Assembly (NCBI GenBank): GCA_905478165.1 | Contig: CAJQHK010000001.1 | Coordinates: 2,754-66,753, forward strand | DNA: 64,000 bases | Direction: 5' to 3' | Origin: an uncultured Rickettsiales bacterium | Lineage (GTDB): Bacteria > Pseudomonadota > Alphaproteobacteria > Rickettsiales > UBA1997 | Shown: in pieces, positions 1 through 9,138 of the stretch | Layout of the letters: each line of letters opens with the position of its first letter | Position numbering within the stretch: the first letter of the stretch is position 1 | Position numbers and translations under genes: made by a program | Notes under the pieces: generated by a model | Told to the model about the DNA's origin: nothing | The model's database searches: none | Seen by the model: the letters and a program-made list of their open reading frames with translations, nothing else

Positions 1-803
1 TTAATTTCATCTAAAATTTCACAAATTTTATTTACTATATTATTGTTATTTAACTCATTATTGCCGCCAATACAGTAGGTTGCTCCAATTTTACCTTTTT
101 CTAAAATTAAATCTACCGCCCTATTATGATCATCAACATGAATCCAATCTCTAACATTTTTGCCATCACCATATATGCCAATATCCTCACCTGCAATTGC
201 CTTTCTAATAATTGTCGGGATTAACTTTTCATTATGCTGTCTTGGGCCATAATTATTACTGCAATTGCTAATGGTAATTGGCAAATTGTAGGTTTTGTTA
301 TAAGCTCTTACCAGGTGATCGCTGGCAGCTTTTGAAGCGGAATAGGGAGAGGATGGATTATAAGGGGTATCTTCGGTAAATTTTTCATTACCTTCTAATG
401 GTAAGTCACCAAAAACTTCATCAGTTGAAATATGATGAAAATGGAAATTAGGTTTCTTTTTATATTGTGCTAAAGCAATTTTTAATAAGGAATGTGTGCC
501 ATTAATGTTGGTTTGAATAAAAGCATCAGGATTTTTGATAGAATTATCGACATGGCTTTCAGCAGCAAAATGGATAATTTTATCAATATCATATTCTGTA
601 ACAATTTTATCCACTAATGTTTCATCTAAAATATCACCGACAATTAGTTTATACTTATCTTTTCCAATCCAAGTTAGATTTTCTTTTTTGCCAGCATAGG
701 TTAATTTATCCAAAACTATTACCTTGTTACCTTTTTTTACTTGTTGTCCTACAAAGGAGCTGCCAATAAAACCAGCACCTCCTGTTACTAATAAATTTGT
801 CAT
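1..803 (-). CDS. rfbB: dTDP-glucose 4,6-dehydratase, C-terminus cut by window edge
   Basis: Minus-strand frame is open from base 1 to the ATG at 803-801. It is absent from the ORF track because no stop lies inside the window. Translation starts MTNLLVTGGAGFIGSS (Rossmann GxxGxxG) and contains YSASKAASD (SDR YxxxK) and NCSNNYGP. It lies directly downstream of rfbA-rfbC. Confidence 0.9.
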   Translation of the reverse strand, partial: MTNLLVTGGAGFIGSSFVGQQVKKGNKVIVLDKLTYAGKKENLTWIGKDKYKLIVGDILDETLVDKIVTEYDIDKIIHFAAESHVDNSIKNPDAFIQTNINGTHSLLKIALAQYKKKPNFHFHHISTDEVFGDLPLEGNEKFTEDTPYNPSSPYSASKAASDHLVRAYNKTYNLPITISNCSNNYGPRQHNEKLIPTIIRKAIAGEDIGIYGDGKNVRDWIHVDDHNRAVDLILEKGKIGATYCIGGNNELNNNNIVNKICEILDEI

Positions 804-808
804 TATTT

Positions 809-1354
809 TTAAAATTTTGGATCTTTTAAATATTCTTTAAAACTCAATTGAGTCCTGTCTCTTTCAGAAATTATTGGATTTTTTATTTTCCAGTCAATAT
901 TTAAATCAGGATCATTCCACATTATTCCCCCCTCACCAGAGGAGTTATATTCTCCACCAGTAATTTTATAATATAAATCAGCCGAGTTACCTCCCATAGC
1001 GCAAAATCCATGAGCAAACCCTGCTGGAATCCAAAATAATGTTTCCTGATCTAAAATCATACCAAAGGATTTACCAAGAGTTGGTGAATCTTTTCTGATG
1101 TCCACTGCCACATCAAATATTTTACCGGAAATGCAGCCAACTAATTTACCTTGCTCTGGATTAAATTGATAATGCAGACCGCGAATAACATTTGGAGCAG
1201 ATTTTGAATGATTGTCCTGAACAAAATCAGTTGGTAAATTAAATTCTTTAAGTTTTGATAATTTAAATTTTTCTACAAAAAAACCCCTATCATCACCATA
1301 AAGATTCAATCTAATTATCTTCAAACCTTCAATAGGAGTATCTTCAATTTGCAT
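809..1354 (-). CDS. rfbC: dTDP-4-dehydrorhamnose 3,5-epimerase
   Basis: 181 aa cupin-type RmlC pattern ([17 protein letters not shown]). It overlaps the rfbA stop by 11 nt. Confidence 0.9.
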   Translation of the reverse strand: MQIEDTPIEGLKIIRLNLYGDDRGFFVEKFKLSKLKEFNLPTDFVQDNHSKSAPNVIRGLHYQFNPEQGKLVGCISGKIFDVAVDIRKDSPTLGKSFGMILDQETLFWIPAGFAHGFCAMGGNSADLYYKITGGEYNSSGEGGIMWNDPDLNIDWKIKNPIISERDRTQLSFKEYLKDPKF

Positions 1355-2234
1355 ATTTAATAATTTTTCTTAAATAATCACCATAACTATTGCCAATTTT
1401 AAATTTATCGGCAAGTTTCTGTAATTGATTCTTGTTAATATAGCCCCTATTAAATGCCACCTCCTCAATACATCCAATTTTAATCGCCTGTCTATTTTCA
1501 ACAACCTCAATAAATTGAGCAGATTTATATAAGGAATCATGAGTTCCGGCATCAAGCCAAGCAAATCCACGATTCATTCTTAATACTGATAATGTTTTTC
1601 TTTTAAGATATTCATTATTAACATCAGTGATTTCCAATTCTCCGCGATCTGATGGCTTAATATTTTTAGCAATATCTACCACTTTATTATCATAAAAATA
1701 CCAGCCAGTGACTGCAAAATCAGATTTGGGGTTTTTTGGTTTTTCTTCAATTGCCAAGGCTTTGTTGTTGCTATCCAACTCTACAACGCCATACCTTTCA
1801 GGATCGATAACACGATAAGAAATGACATAGGCGCCGCCTTTTAATCCTACAGCTTCTTTAAAATTTTGCGCAACCTCAACGCCACTAATCTCACTACCAT
1901 AAAAAATATTATCTCCCAAAATTAGACTAACAGAGTCATTTCCTATAAATTCTTCAGCTAAAATAAAAGCCTGAGCAATACCGTCTGGAGATGGCTGAAC
2001 TTTATATGAAAGATTGATTCCAAGATTTTTACCATCGCCAAGTAAATTTTCTATTCTTGGCAGATCTTCTTCTGTGCTAATGATCATGATATCCTTAATC
2101 CCAATATTCATTAAATTGGATAATGGATAGTAAATCATTGGCTTGTCGTAAACTGGTAACAATTGCTTGCTGATTGAATTTGTTATTGGCGCTAATCTGG
2201 TGCCACTACCTCCTGCTAATATTATTCCTTTCAT
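1344..2234 (-). CDS. rfbA: glucose-1-phosphate thymidylyltransferase
   Basis: 296 aa. The N-terminus [18 protein letters not shown] is the sugar nucleotidyltransferase motif, and the full length resembles RmlA. Confidence 0.92.
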   Translation of the reverse strand: MKGIILAGGSGTRLAPITNSISKQLLPVYDKPMIYYPLSNLMNIGIKDIMIISTEEDLPRIENLLGDGKNLGINLSYKVQPSPDGIAQAFILAEEFIGNDSVSLILGDNIFYGSEISGVEVAQNFKEAVGLKGGAYVISYRVIDPERYGVVELDSNNKALAIEEKPKNPKSDFAVTGWYFYDNKVVDIAKNIKPSDRGELEITDVNNEYLKRKTLSVLRMNRGFAWLDAGTHDSLYKSAQFIEVVENRQAIKIGCIEEVAFNRGYINKNQLQKLADKFKIGNSYGDYLRKIIKYAN

Positions 2235-2323
2235 TTTTTTATCTTTTATTTGTTACAATCACACAGTAGATCCTGAAAAATCTACCAATATAATTTCAGA
2301 AATCAGCAATTTTTTGTAGAATT

Positions 2324-3583
2324 CTAACCGTTAATTAACATTTCTTTTGCAAAAATCTTTCCCTCCTCAACTGCTGGCTGGCCAAAAGGGCTAACTCCTA
2401 ATATTTTGGCATAAAATATAGTTTCCAACATAAAATACATCATAATTTCTCCAAAACCAGTCTCGTCTAAATCATTAAAATTAAATCTCCTAGTAATGTG
2501 ATTCTTACTTTTAATGCTCTTAATTGTAGATTCTTGATTAGCATAAATTATATCTCCTAATTTACTATTATTTAGATATTGCAAATCATCTTGTAAATAA
2601 TCTGGTACTAAAATTTTATTACCTTTTTTTTGATGATCACTTGTCAGGAAGGTAAAAAATTTATCTTTTGGCCCATCTAAAAATAACTGTAAAACACTAT
2701 GTTGATCAACACTACCAATAGCTTTTAACGGAGTTATTCCAAGGCCATTTTTACCAACAGACTCTGCCAGAAGTTGATTATACCAATAATTAAAATGATA
2801 TAGACGACTTAAATATGGCATTGAGACTTGAATATTTAAATCATTTTTTTGACATTCTTGCAAGAAATAAACCCCCTCCGCAAATATTTTGTCACTTTTT
2901 TTGATAAAGGAATCTATCATATTCAAGGCGCCATCTAGGTATTTTTTAATATCAATATCATAAAATGCAGCAGGAATTAAAGCTACCGGCGTAAAACAGG
3001 AATACCTACCTCCAATATCCTTATCATGCTCTATAATTTCTCTTTTATGCTCTTTAGCAATTTTATATAGAGGGTTATTTTTTTCTCTATCCTCAGTTAA
3101 AAAATAAAGATTCTGAGAATTATTATTTACCAACTCATCCTTATAATAATCGGTAATAAATAAGGTTTGGCAAATTGTCTCTATTGTTCCTCCAGATTTT
3201 GAAATGAATAGAAAGGCAGTTTCATTAAAATTTAGAATTTTTAAAAATTCACAGAGATTGTGATAGTGGATATTATCGATAAAATAGATTTTATTTTGCA
3301 GTTTGTGGTGATAACTGTCATAAAAATTATTACTACACAAGGCTTTAGCTCCAAGAGAAGAGCCGCCCATACCACAAATTACTAGATTTTTATATTTTTG
3401 CTTAATTTCGGATGAAATTTCTAAAGATTTATCGAGGTAGGATTTATATCTATTTTTTAAATCAAAAATTCCCTTGCCAAAATTTTCAGAAATAACTTCC
3501 TGCTGCAAATTATTAAAGAAATTTTGATTAAAATTATCAAAATCTATATTATAGAACTCTCTGGTAAAAGTAAAATCAGTCAT
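2324..3583 (-). CDS. pgi: glucose-6-phosphate isomerase (short form)
   Basis: ORF 2324..3640 trimmed to the internal ATG (MTDFTFTREF). SIS/PGI motifs GMGGSSLGAK and FISKSGGTIET are present. It overlaps the upstream ABC gene by 8 nt. Confidence 0.8.
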   Translation of the reverse strand: MTDFTFTREFYNIDFDNFNQNFFNNLQQEVISENFGKGIFDLKNRYKSYLDKSLEISSEIKQKYKNLVICGMGGSSLGAKALCSNNFYDSYHHKLQNKIYFIDNIHYHNLCEFLKILNFNETAFLFISKSGGTIETICQTLFITDYYKDELVNNNSQNLYFLTEDREKNNPLYKIAKEHKREIIEHDKDIGGRYSCFTPVALIPAAFYDIDIKKYLDGALNMIDSFIKKSDKIFAEGVYFLQECQKNDLNIQVSMPYLSRLYHFNYWYNQLLAESVGKNGLGITPLKAIGSVDQHSVLQLFLDGPKDKFFTFLTSDHQKKGNKILVPDYLQDDLQYLNNSKLGDIIYANQESTIKSIKSKNHITRRFNFNDLDETGFGEIMMYFMLETIFYAKILGVSPFGQPAVEEGKIFAKEMLING

Positions 3584-5384
3584 TCTTTTCCTCTTCCAAC
3601 AACTCAAATTGCTTATTATATAAATTAGAATATTCGCCATTTAATTTTAATAATTCCTCATGATTTCCTTCTTCAACGATTTTACCATTCATAACTACAC
3701 ATATTTTATCAGCATGCATAATGGTTGATAATCTATGAGCTATCACGACAGTAGTTTTGCCTTTCATTAATTTATTTAGAGCATTTTTAATAAGATTTTC
3801 TGAAATTGGATCAAGAGCTGAAGTTGCCTCGTCAAGCAGTAAGATTGGTGCATTATATAGAATTGCCCTAGCAATTGCAATTCTCTGCCTCTGCCCTCCA
3901 GACAAAACTACTCCATTTTGTCCAATTTGTGTATTATATTGTTGCGATAAATCTTGAATAAATTCATCTGCCTCCGCCATCTTTGCCGCCTCCATTATTT
4001 GTTTTTCCGTAGCATCTTCTTTACCATATCGAATATTTTCTAATATTGTGTCATCAAAGAGCATAACTTCCTGATTAACAACAGACATAGACCCCCTTAA
4101 TGAATTTAAAGTAAGATCTTTTAAATTGTGACCATCAAGATTTATATCTCCTTTTTTTGGATCATAAAACCTTAGGATCATACTCATGATCGTTGATTTT
4201 CCACCTCCAGAAGGTCCAACCAAAGCAGTTACCTTTCCCTGTTCAATTTTTAAATTAATGCCATTTAAGGCAATTTTATCTTCAATATAATTGAAATAGA
4301 CTTTATTAAAATTAATTTTACCCTTAATTATACCTATTTCCTTAGCATTCTTTTTGTTTTTAATTTTTGGTTTTTGGTCAATAGTGCTAAAATATCTCTC
4401 AGTAGCGCCCAGTCCCAATTGAATTCCCGCATTCATTCCGGAAACTGATTTTAGGGGTTTGTAAGCCATCATCATGGCGGCAAAAAATGACATAAAAGCA
4501 CCCGCCGTCGTTTCTCCGGCAATAACTTGGTAGCCACCATACCATATAACGCAACCTATGCCAACTGAAGACAACATTTCTACCATAGGAGATGAAATAG
4601 ATGACAATCTGGCAATTTTTCTGCCAAGCTTTGTCATATGATCAATTATCTCCCCCATCCTTGTGACTTCAAATTTTTCACAATTATAGGATTTAACTAG
4701 CTTACCATATTGCAAAGAATCATCCATTTGAGATAGAAATTTTTGTGCGATCACCTGGTCGCCAAATGATAAATGTCTTAATTTTTTACCAATCTTGTAA
4801 AGAGGGTAGGCCGCAAGTGGAAAGCCGATAAAGCCAATAATTGCCAAGGCAAAATTTTGATAAAACATAACCCCAATTAAGACAAATAAAGTAATTAATT
4901 GTTTAAAAAATCCATTTATGGCAATTGAAATACCACCTGTAATTCTACCTATATCCATCATAATCCTGGCAATCATATTGCCTGATGAGGTGCTATTTAA
5001 AGTAGAGATGTCGGAATGTATATAATGCTTATAAAGTTCCTTTCTTAAATCGGCGGTAATGTATACGATAACATAATTCATTAAAACTACCTGAAAATAA
5101 GTAGAGGCACCTTTTATGATTGCTATTATAATGATGGCAATTGGTATTAATAATAACATTCTTTTGTTGCCCTGTACCAATACTTCATCCAATGCTGGCT
5201 GAATTAAATATGCTATAGTACCAGTAGTTCCAGCAATTATAAACATAAAAAAAACTGACAGAAAAAATTTAAATTTATAAGGAAAGACATATTCTTTAAA
5301 CAGCCTTTTGGCCAAGTAAAGATTATCCTTATAATCTGGTTTTTGAGAGTTAGGCTTTTTATTGTTAGTAGCTACTTTTTTCAT
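3576..5384 (-). CDS. ABC exporter, fused permease/ATPase (MsbA/ABCB lipid-exporter architecture)
   Basis: 602 aa. The N-terminal half is a multi-helix membrane domain. The C-terminal NBD has Walker A GPSGGGKST, signature LSGGQRQR and Walker B LLLDEATSALD. Confidence 0.8.
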   Translation of the reverse strand: MKKVATNNKKPNSQKPDYKDNLYLAKRLFKEYVFPYKFKFFLSVFFMFIIAGTTGTIAYLIQPALDEVLVQGNKRMLLLIPIAIIIIAIIKGASTYFQVVLMNYVIVYITADLRKELYKHYIHSDISTLNSTSSGNMIARIMMDIGRITGGISIAINGFFKQLITLFVLIGVMFYQNFALAIIGFIGFPLAAYPLYKIGKKLRHLSFGDQVIAQKFLSQMDDSLQYGKLVKSYNCEKFEVTRMGEIIDHMTKLGRKIARLSSISSPMVEMLSSVGIGCVIWYGGYQVIAGETTAGAFMSFFAAMMMAYKPLKSVSGMNAGIQLGLGATERYFSTIDQKPKIKNKKNAKEIGIIKGKINFNKVYFNYIEDKIALNGINLKIEQGKVTALVGPSGGGKSTIMSMILRFYDPKKGDINLDGHNLKDLTLNSLRGSMSVVNQEVMLFDDTILENIRYGKEDATEKQIMEAAKMAEADEFIQDLSQQYNTQIGQNGVVLSGGQRQRIAIARAILYNAPILLLDEATSALDPISENLIKNALNKLMKGKTTVVIAHRLSTIMHADKICVVMNGKIVEEGNHEELLKLNGEYSNLYNKQFELLEEEKND

Positions 5385-5443
5385 TTATTCTTTAAATTTA
5401 AATCAAAACAAAATTCTAGCCACTTATTTTGAACTTTTCAAAT

Positions 5444-6382
5444 TTATTTAATATATTCTATACTATATAAACTACTGGGCTCTAAAAATAACTGGGAAAA
5501 CATCTTAAGACATACTAATAATATCATAATAGCCAGCATTAATTTTAGATTATCATTATCCATATTTTTGGCTTTTTTGATGCCAAATTGCACACCTATC
5601 ACCGATCCAGCAATCATAATAGCAGCGAGGATAATATCAACCGCATTATTAACCACAGATTGCATCATGGTGACAACAATTGAGATAAAAACAATTTGAA
5701 ATAAAGAGGTGCCCGTGATTATTTTGTGAGGCATTTTTAAAATATAAATCATGGCTGGTATTATTACAAAACCACCACCAATTCCCATCATCGAGACTAA
5801 GGAGCCCGCAAAAACACCAATGATTAATGGAATTAGTAAGCTAATTTCTATATTTGATTTTGGAAAGTACATTTTAAAGGGCAGTTTATTTATTTTTTTG
5901 CTAAATTTAACAAACAACTTCTTCTTTCCTCTTTTTTTACTAGTTTCTATCTCATATTTTTCTTTAAGAATAGTTTTAATATTGTCGATCGCCATGGTAA
6001 GACCAATCAAACCAAGAAAAATTACATAAATTATTGAAATAAATACATCCGTTTGACCTAAATCTTGCAATAGACGAAAGATAATGATACCAAGAATAGA
6101 GCCAAAAATGCCGCCGAATATAAGTACAAAACCCATCTTAAAATCAACATTTTTTTGCTTAGAGTGAGATAATAATCCCGAAATAGATGAGGCTGTAATT
6201 TGATTGGCTGAAGTTGCAACCGCAACCAAAGGGGGTATACCCATGAATATTAAGAAGGGTGTCGCAATAAAGCCTCCACCAACTCCAAACATGCCAGATA
6301 ATATGCCAGTGACAAAGCCAAGAGATAAAATTAGCAATATATTAATTGGAATTTCAGCGATCGGAAGGTATATTTGCATCAA
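5444..6382 (-). CDS. TauE/SafE (DUF81) family anion exporter
   Basis: 312 aa polytopic membrane protein with two similar halves, each carrying a glycine motif (GVGGGF, GIGGGF). Confidence 0.7.
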   Translation of the reverse strand: MMQIYLPIAEIPINILLILSLGFVTGILSGMFGVGGGFIATPFLIFMGIPPLVAVATSANQITASSISGLLSHSKQKNVDFKMGFVLIFGGIFGSILGIIIFRLLQDLGQTDVFISIIYVIFLGLIGLTMAIDNIKTILKEKYEIETSKKRGKKKLFVKFSKKINKLPFKMYFPKSNIEISLLIPLIIGVFAGSLVSMMGIGGGFVIIPAMIYILKMPHKIITGTSLFQIVFISIVVTMMQSVVNNAVDIILAAIMIAGSVIGVQFGIKKAKNMDNDNLKLMLAIMILLVCLKMFSQLFLEPSSLYSIEYIK

Positions 6383-6842
6383 TAATTAGCTTCTATATTA
6401 TAATGATATATTTGAAATTCACTAACTATTGATTTATATAGCATCTATCAAATTACTTAAAAGAGACATCGATCATTTCGGTAACCGAGCAGAAGTAATA
6501 TTTTGATAGTCAAGAGGTTGCTTTAGTCTTCTAGCGTGATTTTTAGAGAATTTTCAAAGCCATATTCATGAGAAAATTCTTTACTAAAATCTTTTTTGAG
6601 ATCTTCTGTTAACAATAAAATATCATTCATTAAGTTAGTAAACTTTTGATACGGATCAATATTTTTAGAATTTTTGATTTTATTTTCCATTTTTTTACAA
6701 ATTTCTAAAATAAGTTATTGTTAATAAATCTAGCATACTCTATACTAAATCAATGAATAATATCTTATTTCAAGTTATTAACACTATAAGCGCAACTATG
6801 TAATTATAATTATAATTATTTTATAAGTCAACAATATAAGTA

Positions 6843-8081
6843 ATGTCATATCAGGTCTTAGCAAGGAAATACAGGCCCAATACTCTTTTAGAGTTGGTGG
6901 GGCAAGATATATTAGTTACAACTCTATTATCATCAATTAAGCAAAATAAAATAGCTCACGCTTTTATTTTAAGTGGCATTCGTGGCGTTGGCAAAACGAC
7001 AACTGCCAGAATTATTGCTAAAGCACTTAATTGCGTTGGTGAAGATGGTAAATTGCAAGAGGCATCAGATCCTTGCGGAAAATGTCACGCTTGCATCTCT
7101 ATTGCCAATTCTACTTTTCCAGATGTAATAGAGATGGATGCCGCATCAAAAACTGGGGTTGACGACATAAGGGAGATAGTTGACAACATATCATACGCAA
7201 CCTCTATTGGTCGCTACAAAGTATATATCATTGATGAGGTGCACATGCTTAGTAATAACGCCTTTAATGCACTATTAAAGACTCTGGAAGAGCCACCTGC
7301 TCATGTTAAATTTATTTTTGCCACAACAGAGATTAAAAAAATTCCAATTACTATAATATCTCGCTGTCAAAGATTTGACCTAAAGAGGCTTTCTAGTGCA
7401 GATATTGCCAATCATCTTAAAAATATATTGCAAAAAGAATCATTTGAGGCTGAAGATGGAGCGATAAATTTAATAGCAAACTTGTCTGGAGGGTCAATGC
7501 GAGACTCACTTTCCCTTCTAGATCAAGCCTTATCATACAATAATTATCAAAAATTACTAACTTCTGATAAGTTTGAGGAAATGATTGGTTTGGTAGATAA
7601 ATCCCAAATTGTTGATTTTATTAAAATCATATTGGCAGGAAAAGTAGAAGAGGTCATTAATATGTTTAATGATTTTTATGACAAATCTATTGATATAACT
7701 TCTCTTGCTAATGATTTATTGGAAATAGTTCATGATATAACATTGGTTAAAACCATTGATAATTACAAGATAGTGAACATATCAGATGATTGTTATAAAA
7801 AAATACAAGATATTACGAACGTCATCTCAGTAGCCTCCCTTGCTAGAATTTGGCAGATGCTTTTGAAAGGGGTAGATGAGTTAAAGAATTCACCAAATCA
7901 CAAAATGTCCTTCGAAATGATTCTTATTAGAATTTGCTATATGTCTAATGTAGCAAATTTTGAACAAATACTTGTTGATAATAACAAAAATATTACTCAA
8001 AATAGGAGTGCGGAATCTGTTTTAGCGGGGGAAGCTTTACGAAACTTCCCAGAATCAAAAATTATAAATCAAAATGACTGA
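6843..8081 (+). CDS. dnaX: DNA polymerase III clamp-loader subunit gamma/tau (gamma-length only)
   Basis: 412 aa with Walker A GIRGVGKTT, a zinc module CGKCHAC, Walker B IIDEVHML and the SRC motif ISRCQRF. Confidence 0.9.
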   Translation: MSYQVLARKYRPNTLLELVGQDILVTTLLSSIKQNKIAHAFILSGIRGVGKTTTARIIAKALNCVGEDGKLQEASDPCGKCHACISIANSTFPDVIEMDAASKTGVDDIREIVDNISYATSIGRYKVYIIDEVHMLSNNAFNALLKTLEEPPAHVKFIFATTEIKKIPITIISRCQRFDLKRLSSADIANHLKNILQKESFEAEDGAINLIANLSGGSMRDSLSLLDQALSYNNYQKLLTSDKFEEMIGLVDKSQIVDFIKIILAGKVEEVINMFNDFYDKSIDITSLANDLLEIVHDITLVKTIDNYKIVNISDDCYKKIQDITNVISVASLARIWQMLLKGVDELKNSPNHKMSFEMILIRICYMSNVANFEQILVDNNKNITQNRSAESVLAGEALRNFPESKIINQND

Positions 8082-9120
8082 TAAAAAGGCAAAAATTCTT
8101 TGCGTAGAGGATGAGGTTGATATTAGAGAAAATATAGTTGAGATCTTGAGGGATGAAGGGTTTGAGGTAATGGCAGCAGTAGATGGGGCGGAAGCATTCG
8201 AAATTTTAAAAAATAATCAAGATATAGAGTTGGTATTATCTGATATCATGATGCCAAATTTAAGTGGCTTAGAATTATTAGACAAAGTTAGAAACAGTAA
8301 ATTTGACCATTGCAATGTGCCATTTATCTTACTAACCGCCCTTTCATCAAAGGATGACGTAATTAATGGTAGCAAAGTGGGTGCGAATGATTATATTATC
8401 AAGCCAATCGATTTTGACATTTTAATTGCCAAAATTAGTGAAAAAATATTGAATTCCACAAGGATTCAGAGTCGATTTATTAACAATATTAAAAACATTA
8501 CAGATCAAATATCAAATATCTTGCCAAATAACATGGTGGATAATGTTAAAATTATCAATCATCTTTCGGAGGTCTTAAGAACTGAGCCTTATGGGCCATT
8601 TTCTCATCCAAAATATATAACTGATATCAACAGAATACATGCTGCGTCTTTAAAGCTCACAGCTTTAATTAATAATTACCTAGAGGGTGAGTATGTGGCT
8701 AACTCTATAGATAAGAACGCATCTATATGTAACCCAGTGGAGCTATTAAATGATACTATTTCTGGTTTAAACCCAAAATTAAGGGAATATATTTATGTAG
8801 ATTTAGAAAATACTGATAGAATTCCTAAAGTTAAAATAGACTCCAATTTAATAGTCGAATCTATTAAAAAAACTTTATCTGTATTGCTAAAAGCTCATTT
8901 ATCAAATATTGATATAAGTATTGTTCGCGATCATTTAGATAGGGTGGTATTTGTACTTACTGTAAGAGACCACTTAGAGAAAGACAACATTACTAAAATA
9001 ATAGAAAGTAGAGGTTTTGATCGCAAATTACGTGAAGAAGATTATGATTTTGACATCCTATTTAATGGCGGTGAACTTTCTGCATTAATTTTTATACCAA
9101 CATTTAGGGTTTTAGAGTAA
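8074..9120 (+). CDS. response regulator receiver domain fused to an uncharacterised C-terminal domain (possibly a degenerate kinase-like fold)
   Basis: 348 aa. The receiver motifs are the CVEDEVD acidic pocket, LVLSDIMMP (phospho-Asp), LLTA and IIKP. The C-terminal ~220 aa lack any output motif I recognise. The start overlaps the dnaX stop (ATGACTGA, 8 nt). Confidence 0.7.
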   Translation: MTDKKAKILCVEDEVDIRENIVEILRDEGFEVMAAVDGAEAFEILKNNQDIELVLSDIMMPNLSGLELLDKVRNSKFDHCNVPFILLTALSSKDDVINGSKVGANDYIIKPIDFDILIAKISEKILNSTRIQSRFINNIKNITDQISNILPNNMVDNVKIINHLSEVLRTEPYGPFSHPKYITDINRIHAASLKLTALINNYLEGEYVANSIDKNASICNPVELLNDTISGLNPKLREYIYVDLENTDRIPKVKIDSNLIVESIKKTLSVLLKAHLSNIDISIVRDHLDRVVFVLTVRDHLEKDNITKIIESRGFDRKLREEDYDFDILFNGGELSALIFIPTFRVLE

Positions 9121-9138
9121 TAGCAAAATTTATCTATA

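Noticed and set aside
6383-6842. 460-bp spacer upstream of dnaX, checked for an SRP (4.5S) RNA gene. It also contains a 55-codon minus-strand ORF (6523-6690).
   Set aside because: No GGAAGCAGC-type domain IV motif or long terminal helix was found. The small ORF (MENKIKNSKNIDPYQKF...) has no recognisable features and could arise by chance. Conservation cannot be assessed without other genomes.
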